A program made the position numbers and the translations under genes. This document shows positions 36,321-46,105 of a stretch of DNA of 64,000 bases, one piece after another. The stretch's first letter is position 1, and every line of letters begins with the position of its first letter. Source of the DNA: Candidatus Aminicenantes bacterium (lineage in GTDB: Bacteria > Acidobacteriota > Aminicenantia > S016-38); the NCBI GenBank assembly GCA_026991555.1, contig JALXBI010000009.1:8984-72983 (forward strand). Reading direction: 5' to 3'. Under the pieces are notes generated by a model. That model saw only the letters and a program-made list of their open reading frames with translations. It was not told where the DNA came from and made no database searches.

Positions 36321-39300
36321 TTACCATACGGGTCTTAGGGCCATTTGTGAAATTTCACCGGATTTTTCGTGAAAAATGAATTTTACGCCCTTTCTCTTGG
36401 AGAGCAGGAAATCAGCATGGGCTTTTATGAATTTCTTCCCGCAGTAAATCAGGTAGGAGAGGAATTTTCCCGAAGCCGTCTCGTCCATGTATTCGGGAAC
36501 TTCCGTGGAGATGGGTATGGGGGTTTTCAGCCCCCTCTTCCTTCCGCTTTTCCAGTAAATGTTATAACCATGGACGGGCTCCATTTTGAAGGCGTGGGGA
36601 TTCCACCTTTCGGCCCAGCGGTAATACCGCTGGTAAAGCCTGCGGTTAAATTCGTCTATTTTCTTATCCGCCGAAAGGGTTTTTGCCAGGTATTCCATGA
36701 GCGCCCTGCTCATTTTTGAGTAGCTGGGATTCAGGGGGTTTTCCAGGGAGGAGAAATAGAAGAAATGTCCCCTGGGTATCCAGTAGTTCCTGTATGGGAA
36801 GGGAAGATAGCCTGTAAACTGCTGCACCCATTCGTGGGAGGGGTACCCGTGTAGGTTCAGGAATATATCCCCTTTCCACCGTTTTAGGAGCACATGGCGG
36901 GCAAACCCCTCAGGGACAAAGGGGGAAAATTTCTTTATGTGATAGCCCACATCAGCCCCCAGGGCATTATACCTTCCTGCGTGGAGGGAATGGATAGGGC
37001 TTTCCTTTTCCATCATCTTTAAGGAAATGGCAGCCCCATCCGGATTCTCCATGGGTATGGCTACATAGTTTATTTTTGAAGGGGGATTCTGGTTAAGGAA
37101 TTCCAGAAGGTAGGAGGTGGAGGAGACCTCATTGGCGTGCTGGCGGGCATTGAGGAGGAGGGTTGGTTTTTTCAGGAAGAAATGGGAGGGTGAATATCGG
37201 GGGGTTTTAGCCGTCAATTTCTCCACAATGTATATTTTCCTCCCCAAGAAACTTTCTGCCACAGGATAATAGAACCTGAAATTCATGGCTAAGCATTCCA
37301 CCTGGGCAGGGGAAAGGGGTTTTTCCCAATCGGGTTTTTCCCCCTTGCAGGAAGGTTTTTCAAAAATTCCCTTAAGGGAGAAATTCTTCGCATTATCCTT
37401 GAATTTCAGGGTGAGGATAAGGTTTACGGGAAAGGTTAGTTTTTTAATCCGGGAAATTCCCCTGGCATAGAGCTTATAATCCTCCTCCTTCTCAAAGGTG
37501 AATTTCACCCAGAGGTGGTTCTTGCTCCATCCCATTAACTCCCTTTTTATCTTTCCTTCAGGATAGAATCTTTCCAATTGTTTATTTCTAAGGTAAAGGC
37601 CGGGTTTCCTGTAATCGTAAACCCTTATAGAGAACCTGAATCCCCGGGAGCCTGTCCTTATGTAGGGGATTATTGCTCCTGGATAAAGATTTCTCCTTAT
37701 GTTTCCCCCGTCCTCACCGGGTTTCAGTATCCGGGAAAGGAAGTAGAGGGTGAAGAAATAAATTTCGTCGTGGAAGGCCTCGGTGGAACTTACCATTTCC
37801 CGGTCAATTCCCAGGGTGAAGTCCGGTTCCGGGGCCTGGAAATTGACCTCTATAAAGGAGAAAAAGGGCTGTTTATCCCAGGTGGGTTTCCCCATGGTTT
37901 TCCTCATTATGAAGTTCCAGAGCCAGGGGAGGAATTTTTTCCTGTAGAATTCCCATGCCATTTCAGGATCTGTTTTTATCCTTTTAGAAAGCACCGGATA
38001 CTTATCCCGCCAGGCCGTCACCCAACCCTCTACCCTGGGGAAGGGATCCCGGATAACAGGGGGATTAAGGAGGAATGAGCCGAGGCTCCTTCCCTTCCTG
38101 AAGGCCTCAACCCTGTATAAGGGGCCGTTCTTCTCCAGGACAAACTCTATCCTGGACAATGGAATGCCCAGTTCCTTAGAGATGACCTCGTCCACAGGAT
38201 AAAGTTCGTAAAGGAACTGTTTCGGGGAACTGATTATATCCCCTCCCTTTCCGGGCAGCACCTTCCTTACATGGATTACCACCCGGTCCGCTCCCTTTAT
38301 TTTCGGCAGAACCTCCTCCCTTATCCAGAAAAACCCGGTTTTGTAACTGGAGCGGATCTTAATCTTACCCCCCAATTCCCTTTCCAGTTTTTTTCTTCTT
38401 TCTGGACTTTCGCTTAAATAGGCTACTGCCTTAGTATATTTCACTCCTTTTAGGGCTTCCTTTAACCTTTCCCCTTCGTCCTTGTCGGTAATTTCCTTGG
38501 AGTATACAGGGTATTTCCCGTAGGTCTCCCCGGAAACGAAGGGCCTGGCTATGTGTTCGGAAAGCAGCGCCCTCTGGGCTTCCTTAGGTAGGGCATAAAG
38601 GTATTTGTGAAGGTAAAAATCCAGATAATATATGTTCTTTTCCCTCCTCAGGGCAGGGAACATGAAATTTTCGGAAAACTCCTGGGCACAATCCGGGGAG
38701 AGGAACCAGAATTTTTTACCCTTTTCCAGACAAAGACCCATGGAGGGCTCCGAGGATGCATGTTCCTCGCTGAGAGGCCCTTTTCCTATAACCACAGCGG
38801 TCCTTTCAGGGGGAAGGTCCTTTTGGGAAAGATAGGTAAAGGGGAAATGGGCTTCTGTGGCTGAAAGCCCTGCCCTGAAGGCAAAGGCAATGGCACCCTT
38901 GCCGGCCCGTTTTTCTATAATCAGAGCCAGAGGGGATGCGAAAATATCCTCAAGGGAGGGGACAGCTCTTTTTTTCTTTTCAGGAGGAAACTCCCCATAG
39001 GAGGGTCTGAAGAATTCCTCAGGAGCCCCCCACCGGTCAAGGGAAATTCTCCGGTCCTTCTGAACGAAAACCAGCTTTCTTATATAGGGATAATTCAAAA
39101 TAAAGGGTTTTTCCCCTTTATTCCTGGCCTCCCTGAGCTTTTCTATGAACTTCCTCAGGGAGGAAAAATCCCCCTTTACCTTGAAGGCCGCTTCCTCAAT
39201 TTCCCCCCTTTTTATGTATGTGGAAGAGAGGGGTGAGGTTCTGGCGCGTATTCTTAATCCCTTTAGATAAAGTTTAATCTTCACCCCTTCCCGAAGGAGC

Positions 39301-39740
39301 TGGTTTTCCCACTGGCTTGCCAATCCTTTCCAGGTAATGGCATCATCCCCCTCGACCTTCCAGACATAGGGCCATCGGTCAAAGAACTCCTTAGCTGCGA
39401 GAAATCCCGTGTTATCGTTTCCTTCCACCAGGATGTCCCTGCCTTCCAGCCTTACGGCCCCAACCTTCATGGGAAGCTGCCTGTTCCTCCTGAGGATGAT
39501 TCTCCTTTTCCCCTTTTCCAGCATGTTTATGTATTCTCCTGAGTAGAACCCAAGCTTATAGGCTATTTCGGAGGCTACCGCCACCTGAACCCTATCCTCC
39601 CCGTCTAAGACGAAATAATAGGGGGAGGAATCGTAAACCCCATCGTGATTGCTATCCCTGAGAACCAGGGAGACGAGGTTTTCAAGCCCGGCTCCCTGGA
39701 GAATAAAGGCGAGAATTAAAACGAAATAAAATCTCCTCAT
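36321..39740 (-). CDS. Large secreted protein with C-terminal M14 zinc-carboxypeptidase-like domain
   Basis: 1139 aa. Signal peptide. The C-terminal ~350 aa carry M14 hallmarks HxxE (QHANEVSS), NPDG (MENPDGAAI) and the third-ligand His (NLHGYPSHEW). The N-terminal ~750 aa are unrecognised. Confidence 0.55.
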   Translation of the reverse strand: MRRFYFVLILAFILQGAGLENLVSLVLRDSNHDGVYDSSPYYFVLDGEDRVQVAVASEIAYKLGFYSGEYINMLEKGKRRIILRRNRQLPMKVGAVRLEGRDILVEGNDNTGFLAAKEFFDRWPYVWKVEGDDAITWKGLASQWENQLLREGVKIKLYLKGLRIRARTSPLSSTYIKRGEIEEAAFKVKGDFSSLRKFIEKLREARNKGEKPFILNYPYIRKLVFVQKDRRISLDRWGAPEEFFRPSYGEFPPEKKKRAVPSLEDIFASPLALIIEKRAGKGAIAFAFRAGLSATEAHFPFTYLSQKDLPPERTAVVIGKGPLSEEHASSEPSMGLCLEKGKKFWFLSPDCAQEFSENFMFPALRREKNIYYLDFYLHKYLYALPKEAQRALLSEHIARPFVSGETYGKYPVYSKEITDKDEGERLKEALKGVKYTKAVAYLSESPERRKKLERELGGKIKIRSSYKTGFFWIREEVLPKIKGADRVVIHVRKVLPGKGGDIISSPKQFLYELYPVDEVISKELGIPLSRIEFVLEKNGPLYRVEAFRKGRSLGSFLLNPPVIRDPFPRVEGWVTAWRDKYPVLSKRIKTDPEMAWEFYRKKFLPWLWNFIMRKTMGKPTWDKQPFFSFIEVNFQAPEPDFTLGIDREMVSSTEAFHDEIYFFTLYFLSRILKPGEDGGNIRRNLYPGAIIPYIRTGSRGFRFSIRVYDYRKPGLYLRNKQLERFYPEGKIKRELMGWSKNHLWVKFTFEKEEDYKLYARGISRIKKLTFPVNLILTLKFKDNAKNFSLKGIFEKPSCKGEKPDWEKPLSPAQVECLAMNFRFYYPVAESFLGRKIYIVEKLTAKTPRYSPSHFFLKKPTLLLNARQHANEVSSTSYLLEFLNQNPPSKINYVAIPMENPDGAAISLKMMEKESPIHSLHAGRYNALGADVGYHIKKFSPFVPEGFARHVLLKRWKGDIFLNLHGYPSHEWVQQFTGYLPFPYRNYWIPRGHFFYFSSLENPLNPSYSKMSRALMEYLAKTLSADKKIDEFNRRLYQRYYRWAERWNPHAFKMEPVHGYNIYWKSGRKRGLKTPIPISTEVPEYMDETASGKFLSYLIYCGKKFIKAHADFLLSKRKGVKFIFHEKSGEISQMALRPVW

Positions 39741-40204
39741 GCTGTCCTCCCATTTTTTCTCATGAGAACCTCTATGATTAATTCCCTTGCGAAGAAATTT
39801 TCCCCCCTTCCGGTTACCGCATCAAACACCTTTATGTCGTATCCGGATTTTTTCCTGAGGTAATACACCAGAAAGGGGTAGAGAATTTTTCCCTGGTATT
39901 CTAAGCTTTCCAGGCGAATTCCGGAAAAAATGCCCGCCGGAAACCTGGCCTCGGAAAGAACAATCTGTTTTGCCTGCTCAGGACTTATTCTGTGGGGGAA
40001 ATTCCCCTGGAAATCCCCGCCCTTTTCCATTACTTCCTCATCCAGTCTTGAAATCTTTCCCCTCAAGGCGTCAACCATGAATAAAATATGACTGCTGGAA
40101 TAGGAAGCTTTGAAAAGGTAAAAGGGAAGGTAGAGGATTTCCTTTTTCAGATAAGATTTCGGGGGTTTTTTCGCCTCCTTCCTCCGGGGCATTATCCGTC
40201 TCAT
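39737..40204 (-). CDS. Hypothetical protein
   Basis: 155 aa. Basic N-terminus and one hydrophobic segment. 4-nt overlaps on both sides. Confidence 0.35.
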   Translation of the reverse strand: MRRIMPRRKEAKKPPKSYLKKEILYLPFYLFKASYSSSHILFMVDALRGKISRLDEEVMEKGGDFQGNFPHRISPEQAKQIVLSEARFPAGIFSGIRLESLEYQGKILYPFLVYYLRKKSGYDIKVFDAVTGRGENFFARELIIEVLMRKNGRTA

Positions 40205-40380
40205 CTGGTTTTCCGGTCAAGATAGAAAAACAGGGCCGCCATAGCCAGGAGAACCCCTCCGGAGGCTAAGTTCACCAGCCTGGAAATTTTCTCCTCCACG
40301 AGGAAGGCGGATAGAAATACGATGAGGCCGAAAAGCCCCCAGAAGGCGCTTATTATACCGAAGGCCCGGAGTTTTTTCAT
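40201..40380 (-). CDS. Small two-transmembrane membrane protein (59 aa), possible symporter accessory subunit
   Basis: Internal ATG of the 40201-40515 ORF, preceded by a GGGGGA RBS. The protein is MKKLRAFGIISAFWGLFGLIVFLSAF...LLAMAALFFYLDRKTR. Confidence 0.4.
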   Translation of the reverse strand: MKKLRAFGIISAFWGLFGLIVFLSAFLVEEKISRLVNLASGGVLLAMAALFFYLDRKTR

Positions 40381-40388
40381 CTTTCCCC

Positions 40389-40592
40389 CTAAAAAATCAG
40401 ATAAAGGAAAATTTGAATTCCTATAAGGAGCATCGCCCACCATCTCAGGTCCCTCCAGCCCTTCCTGTCCGGGGCTCCTCTGTATATGAATTCCCTGGGA
40501 CGGGTGATGACCCATAGGGCAAGTAAGAGGTAAAGGGAGATAGAAAGCACCTTGGCCCAGAAAAGTGGTATGCTCCTTAAAAATTCACCCAT
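40389..40592 (-). CDS. Small two-transmembrane membrane protein (67 aa), possible symporter accessory subunit
   Basis: Start codon overlaps the symporter stop (ATGGGTGA) and a GGAGG RBS lies upstream. Two hydrophobic helices. Confidence 0.4.
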   Translation of the reverse strand: MGEFLRSIPLFWAKVLSISLYLLLALWVITRPREFIYRGAPDRKGWRDLRWWAMLLIGIQIFLYLIF

Positions 40593-42102
40593 TTAGCCTT
40601 TCCTCCACAGCCCTTTTGAACTCCTGGTCCTTTTCCAGAAAACCGTAGACCAGTCCCCGGAGTTTTTCCGGAGGTTCTGGAGGAGTTAAGTAACTTACCA
40701 CCACATTTATAAGGAGGGAAGCCACGAAGGACCACCAGGCCACATAGAGGAAATTAACCCCAGCAGCAGAGAGCACGACGGCTATAACTACTCCCAGGCT
40801 TAGGCCCCAGAAACCTCCCCAACCGGTGGACCGCCACCATAAGACACCTAAAAGCAATGTGGCCAGGGTGGGTCCCTGGAAAAAGGAAAGCAGGGTCTGC
40901 ATGGCCACATATATTCCCGGGAATTTCTGGGTAAACGGGGCGAAGGCCACCCCGAAAACTATAAAGGCAAAGGTTAATATCCTTCCCATTATTAAATAAT
41001 GGCGGTCAGAGCCATCCTTTTTTATGTATTTCTGGTATATGTCCTTGGTCCAAAGGGTGGCGGCGGAATTTAGGGTGGAATCCACGCTGGAGTGAAGGGC
41101 AGCAATAAAAGCCACGAATACCAGGCCCCTTATCCCCGGAGGAAGGAAGTTTTTTACCACCCAGGGCAGGGCCTGGTCCGGATTATTTATGGCACCGGAA
41201 GGGGCAAACATAAGGGCAAAGAATCCCGGAAGAACCACCAGAAGAGGAATCAGGGTTTTGGGGAAGGCTGCAAACATCATCCCTGCCCTGGCATCCCATT
41301 GGCTCCTGGCCCCTAAGGCCCTCTGGATGATGGACTGGTTGGCGCACCACCATGCAGGGGATAAAACAAGACCTAAGCCTAAAATCATCCCCAGCCATGG
41401 ATAGGCGGGATTGTTTAGGGGCAAGAATACTTTAAGATGCTGGGGATGGGAGGCCTTGAGGGCCTGGAAAAATTTGGCCACTCCCCCGGCCTTGGCAAAT
41501 CCCACGCCAGCCACCGCGAATCCTCCCACGAACATTATGCCCAGCTGAACCACATCGGTTATGGCCACGGCAGCGAGGCCTCCGGATATGGTGTAAAAAC
41601 CCACCACTATGGCAGTTATAACTATGCTGAATCCTATGGACCAGCCCAGGTAGGTGTGGAGCATTATCCCTGAGGCCCAGAAAAATATACCAAGGAGCAT
41701 CACTAAGAAGAGCCCGTATATCACCGCTTCAATAACCCTAACCCCCTCCTTATACCTTTTTCCCAGGTATTCCGGCACGGTGTAAACTTTATTCTTCCAG
41801 TAATAGGGGATTATTATCAGGGCTGAGACTATCATGGCAGGTATGGCACCGAGCCACTCGTAATTGGCCTGGGCGATGCCGAACCTGTAGGCTCCTCCAG
41901 CTGCTCCCACATAATCATAGGCGCCTATATTGGTGCCTATGATGGACATGCCTATTACCCACCACGGTAGTGCCCTGCCAGCCAGAAAATAATCCTCGGT
42001 GCTGGTTACATATTCCCTGAATAATACCCCGAAAAGGAATATGGCTAAAAGGTAAACGACGATAAGGAAAAGGTCAATGTGCTGGGCTAAAACTTCCTTC
42101 AT
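40585..42102 (-). CDS. Sodium:solute symporter (SSS) family transporter
   Basis: 505 aa with about 13 transmembrane segments. The N-terminal region (FLAGRALPWWVIGMSIIGTNIGAYDYVGAAGGAY) is typical of SSS permeases. Confidence 0.9.
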   Translation of the reverse strand: MKEVLAQHIDLFLIVVYLLAIFLFGVLFREYVTSTEDYFLAGRALPWWVIGMSIIGTNIGAYDYVGAAGGAYRFGIAQANYEWLGAIPAMIVSALIIIPYYWKNKVYTVPEYLGKRYKEGVRVIEAVIYGLFLVMLLGIFFWASGIMLHTYLGWSIGFSIVITAIVVGFYTISGGLAAVAITDVVQLGIMFVGGFAVAGVGFAKAGGVAKFFQALKASHPQHLKVFLPLNNPAYPWLGMILGLGLVLSPAWWCANQSIIQRALGARSQWDARAGMMFAAFPKTLIPLLVVLPGFFALMFAPSGAINNPDQALPWVVKNFLPPGIRGLVFVAFIAALHSSVDSTLNSAATLWTKDIYQKYIKKDGSDRHYLIMGRILTFAFIVFGVAFAPFTQKFPGIYVAMQTLLSFFQGPTLATLLLGVLWWRSTGWGGFWGLSLGVVIAVVLSAAGVNFLYVAWWSFVASLLINVVVSYLTPPEPPEKLRGLVYGFLEKDQEFKRAVEERLNG

Positions 42103-43244
42103 TTAATCAGGATTTCAGGCACCAGGAATTTCTTTCCCCGGTAGGTAACAGATTTATAGGGCCAATTTCCCGTATATGTCAAAACTTCAACCCCATTTTC
42201 AGTCACCAGAACCGTGTCCTCCACCTTGGCCCCAGGAAGGGTGGGATTGAAGGCGAAGGCCTGGTTCAGGTGCACCTTTTCCTTAGAATTGGCGGTCACG
42301 ATGAATTCCCTTTCCGCATATCCGATTCCTCCTCCCTGATGGTGGTTTTTCCACTCGGCGGGGAAACCGTATTTTCCATACACAGAAATGGCTTCCTTAA
42401 AAACCCGGGAAAGGGAGGCTCCGGGTTTGAGTCCGTAAAGAAAAGCAGCGTAAACCTTCTCCGCCACCCTTTGCCTCCGGGAAAGGCCAGGGGGAAGTGG
42501 ACCAAAGTGAACCAATCTCGTCAGGGCCACCACCATTCCGTATTTCCTGGCGCATATGTTTATCTGGGCGTATTTTTTCAACCTCCTTCCCTTGGGTATT
42601 ACATGCCTGTAGAGGAAAATTCCCCGGTCCACCCCTATCAGAAGGACCGTGGGGACAAGTCCTCTTTTGTAAAGTTCGTAGGCCACCTTTGCCCTTATAT
42701 CCTCTTCAGTCATTCCAGGTTCCAGTTCCCTTGCCACCTTTTCCGCCGCCTCTGCTGCTTCCCTTGCCACAAGCCTGTATCTTTTAATTTCCTCTGGGAG
42801 AAGAACATACCTCAGTTTTTTGAACTGGTTCTCCACGAATATGGTTCCTGGGATGGGAAGGTCCGAACCTATTCTTTCTCCCCCGTATTTTTTCGCCAGT
42901 TGAAGCACCTCGTTCCTTTCTACCCCTAAATACCACGGGTAAATCAGGGGTTTTATCGGGAAGCCCTTAAGCTCTTCGTCAAGGAACCTCCTCTCTTCGT
43001 CGTTGGGAGCGATGAGGAAAAAGTCCTTAGGGGTGACCAGCAGGGAAACAGTTCCCCTCTCTGAAGTTATAACCACTGTGCTGGTTCCCCCTGCTGTCAG
43101 CCAGGAGAAGTTCCTCTGGATGGAGATGAGCATGGAGGAAAGATTGTTCTTCTTCAAGAATTCCCTTACCCTTTTTATCTTGCTCTGAAATTCCCCTCCC
43201 CTCAAAACGAGGATGAGGGCTAATAGGAGGGCCAATTTTTTCAT
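42099..43244 (-). CDS. M24-family metallopeptidase (Xaa-Pro aminopeptidase / creatinase-like)
   Basis: 381 aa. Signal-like N-terminus, creatinase_N-like region and a pita-bread catalytic domain (HHQGGGIGYAEREF). 4-nt overlap with the SSS gene. Confidence 0.7.
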   Translation of the reverse strand: MKKLALLLALILVLRGGEFQSKIKRVREFLKKNNLSSMLISIQRNFSWLTAGGTSTVVITSERGTVSLLVTPKDFFLIAPNDEERRFLDEELKGFPIKPLIYPWYLGVERNEVLQLAKKYGGERIGSDLPIPGTIFVENQFKKLRYVLLPEEIKRYRLVAREAAEAAEKVARELEPGMTEEDIRAKVAYELYKRGLVPTVLLIGVDRGIFLYRHVIPKGRRLKKYAQINICARKYGMVVALTRLVHFGPLPPGLSRRQRVAEKVYAAFLYGLKPGASLSRVFKEAISVYGKYGFPAEWKNHHQGGGIGYAEREFIVTANSKEKVHLNQAFAFNPTLPGAKVEDTVLVTENGVEVLTYTGNWPYKSVTYRGKKFLVPEILIK

Positions 43245-43253
43245 GGGAAAATT

Positions 43254-44360
43254 TTAGAATTCCTTATCGTAGATGCCAAATTCTTTGTATCTTTCAGCAC
43301 CCATGTCTATGAGGATTTTGTTCATTTGATAATTGTTGTCCAGGATCCAGCCCATGTCCGCTTCCCGGTATCCCTTCTTTATCCCCTCCTCTATTGTTTT
43401 GTAAATCAACAGAGCCTCGATCCCTCTGAGGCGGAATTTTTCCCTGACTCCCATGGCATAGGTCCTGAGGCGGTATATTTCCTTCTTGTGAATGAGCAAT
43501 TTTATGAGCCCCAAGGGGAAAAGCCTTCCGTTGGCATATTTTAAAATCTGGTTGAAATCAGGAAGGGAAAGGGATGCCCCTGCGGGTTCATCGTTTATCT
43601 CCGCAAAGAAGACTATGTCCGGGTCAAGAATCGGCTTGAGCTCCTTGGCTATGAACTCTATTTCCTCGTCGGTCAGGGGGACGAAACCCCAGTTCTTTCC
43701 CCATGCTTCGTTGTATATGAGTTTGAACCTGTTAATTTCCTCCCGGAAATCCTTCATTCTTGCCTTTCTTACCTTTATTTTCTTAAGCCTTGCCTCTGCC
43801 ACCCTTTTAAGTTTTTCGGGAATGGGCTGTTCCTTGGTGAGGCGATATGCGTAGAGGGTTCTTACCAACTTCAGCCCATAATCCTCAAATAGGTCTATGT
43901 AATATCTGGGATTGTATGTATATTCCACCACCGGTGGGGAGTCAAAGCCCTTTATAAGGAGACCACAGGTCTCGTTGGTGGAGAAATTCATGGGTCCCCT
44001 CATCCGGTCCATCCCCTTATCCCTCAAATATTCCTCTGCCTTCTCAAAAAGTGCCCTGGATACCTCCCTGTGGTTTACCGACTCAAAAAAACCGAAAAAT
44101 CCGGTTTTTTCGTTCCAGTATTCGTTGTGCCTGAAATTGACGAAGGCGGCTATTCTCCCTACCACCTCCTTTCCCCTGTAAGCTAAGAAATACTCTACCT
44201 CTGCGTGTTTGTGAAAGGGATGGTGGTTTCTGTCCAGAAGTTTTTTTACATCGGAAATCAAGGGGGGAACCCAATTGGGGTCGCCATTATAAATCTTCCA
44301 CGGCAGTTTTACAAATTGGTTCAGCTGTTTTTTGTCTTCCACCTTCCTTATCTCTACCAT
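43254..44360 (-). CDS. GNAT/FemAB-like N-acyltransferase superfamily protein (hypothetical)
   Basis: 368 aa. The size and the segments RIAAFVNF and GFFGFFE resemble the BioF2-like/FemAB-like acyltransferase fold. Low-specificity call. Confidence 0.35.
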   Translation of the reverse strand: MVEIRKVEDKKQLNQFVKLPWKIYNGDPNWVPPLISDVKKLLDRNHHPFHKHAEVEYFLAYRGKEVVGRIAAFVNFRHNEYWNEKTGFFGFFESVNHREVSRALFEKAEEYLRDKGMDRMRGPMNFSTNETCGLLIKGFDSPPVVEYTYNPRYYIDLFEDYGLKLVRTLYAYRLTKEQPIPEKLKRVAEARLKKIKVRKARMKDFREEINRFKLIYNEAWGKNWGFVPLTDEEIEFIAKELKPILDPDIVFFAEINDEPAGASLSLPDFNQILKYANGRLFPLGLIKLLIHKKEIYRLRTYAMGVREKFRLRGIEALLIYKTIEEGIKKGYREADMGWILDNNYQMNKILIDMGAERYKEFGIYDKEF

Positions 44361-44518
44361 ATTTCACCTCTCTAAAATGCTTTTGGGAAATTCTAAGATT
44401 TATTGAGAAAAAAGCAAAAAATTTCCTTATTGCCTTATGAGAAAATCTATATTTCCACTGATTTCTGACCTGATTCCGTAGGAAAGGGTCGGGGTGGCAA
44501 ATTAGAAAGAGGTAGTTT

Positions 44519-44674
44519 TCGGACCTGTCCCCAATTTGGGAGGGCCGAACGTTTAGCTATGAGCTGAGGACTAAGAGCTGGAGGCTAAACGAAATCGGAC
44601 CTGTCCCTTTTTTGGGACTGAGCCCTGAGCTCTGAGCTGGGCTTAATATCCAACCACCGGTCCCTTTCCTATAG
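44519..44674. repeat. Left-flank composite repeat: two copies of tcggacctgtccc(c) plus a degenerate copy of the ...cc(t)ttcctatagg element
   Basis: tcggacctgtcccc at 44519-44532 and tcggacctgtccc at 44595-44607. ccctttcctataggtg at 44660-44677 matches the ends of the two right-flank elements. Confidence 0.6.
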
Positions 44675-44736
44675 GTGCATCATAAAAATGTTTTTCAAGG
44701 ATAGCATTCCATAAAAAACTATGTTAAAATTGGAAT

Positions 44737-45936
44737 ATGAATACAGGAAAAATACAATACAAGGAAAGAAATTTAGAGAAAAAAATTGACAGACTCTGGG
44801 GTGAGAAGGAGATGCTAGTGATTAAAGGGCCCAGACAAGCCGGTAAAACCACCCTCCTGAGGCACTTACAGGAAAAATACGGGGGGACTTATTACACCTT
44901 AGAAGACGAAGAAGTTTTAAGGAGCTTCAACTCAAACCCTGAGCTTCTCGTTGACAGCCAGGTCATATTCATTGACGAAGTCCAATTGAGTCCCTTTGCA
45001 GGAAGAAGATTGAAATTTCTCTATGATAAATTTGAGGGCGAAGTGAAGTTTGTGGTGAGCGGGTCAGGGGCTTTTGACCTTAAAAGAGAAGTTGGGGCTT
45101 CGCTGGTGGGAAGAGCCTTCTTCCTCAGTCTTCTTCCCCTTTCCTTTGAGGAATTCGTAAAATGGAAAAGCCCGCTTAGCTGGAGAATTTTAGCCGAAAA
45201 CAAAAAACGCCTATTTGATTTTATTCAGGGTAAAGGAGAGATTGAGCCTATGGGAGGATGGGAAGCCCTCAGAGAGCTGGCTCTGCAATATATGGTTTGG
45301 GGTGGGTATCCTGCAGTTGTTTTAACAAAGGATAGGGAAATGAAAAAGGAAAGACTGAAGAACATCGTGGAGCTGACTGTAGAGAGAGACCTTGTGAGGC
45401 TTTTTTCCTTTCAGGATATAGGAAGAATGAAAAAGGTGGTCAAAACCCTCTCTTCTCGTATAGGAAGGTTGCTTAAAATGAGCGATTTGGAGGTTGACTT
45501 TAAAACCGCAGAAAAATATATAGGGGTTCTTGAATATTCCCAAATCATTTCCTTACTTGAGCCTTTTCACAGGAACGAAAGGACAGCTCTTAGGAAGGCG
45601 AGAAAGGTTTATTTCTGCGATTTAGGCTTCAGAAATGCTCTTCTGAACAATTTTTCTGATATTGAAACAAGGGAAAACGCAGGCTTCCTAATAGAAAACT
45701 TCGTTTTCAGGCAGCTCTGCTATGATTTTCCCTTAAAATACTGGAGAACCACCAATAAAACAGAAGTGGATTTTGTTATTGAGGAACCTTTGGTAGCCAT
45801 AGAGGTGAAATTTGGAAAGGCGAAGGCTCTGAGGGGGATAAAAAGCTTTATGGATAAATATGGAGCCAAAGGGATTGTCATGTGTGAGGAGTTTAAAAAG
45901 GCTCCTTTGCCCCGCTATCCATTCTGGCTAATGTGA
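44737..45936 (+). CDS. AAA+ ATPase (AAA_14 + DUF4143-type architecture)
   Basis: 399 aa. Walker A GPRQAGKTT, Walker B VIFIDEVQ, and a C-terminal region typical of DUF4143 orphan ATPases. Confidence 0.65.
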   Translation: MNTGKIQYKERNLEKKIDRLWGEKEMLVIKGPRQAGKTTLLRHLQEKYGGTYYTLEDEEVLRSFNSNPELLVDSQVIFIDEVQLSPFAGRRLKFLYDKFEGEVKFVVSGSGAFDLKREVGASLVGRAFFLSLLPLSFEEFVKWKSPLSWRILAENKKRLFDFIQGKGEIEPMGGWEALRELALQYMVWGGYPAVVLTKDREMKKERLKNIVELTVERDLVRLFSFQDIGRMKKVVKTLSSRIGRLLKMSDLEVDFKTAEKYIGVLEYSQIISLLEPFHRNERTALRKARKVYFCDLGFRNALLNNFSDIETRENAGFLIENFVFRQLCYDFPLKYWRTTNKTEVDFVIEEPLVAIEVKFGKAKALRGIKSFMDKYGAKGIVMCEEFKKAPLPRYPFWLM

Positions 45937-46105
45937 AACAGAAAAGCCTTCTTTGCAATTTTCCCTTATCCAGATAGGAGAGGCTGAACATCTTTTCGGG
46001 GTTGCTCCTTTGAGAGCGAGGACCTGATTATGCCCCTGCCCCTTCCAACAGTAATCATACCACAGAGATGGTGAATAGGTGTATGAAGGGAAAGAAAAGA
46101 GGTTA

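Noticed and set aside
40201-40515. 104-aa ORF overlapping the 67-aa ORF by 127 nt
   Set aside because: The 5' part is probably a spurious extension. An internal ATG at 40380 with a good RBS gives a non-overlapping 59-aa membrane protein, so the two small genes are tandem and not overlapping.
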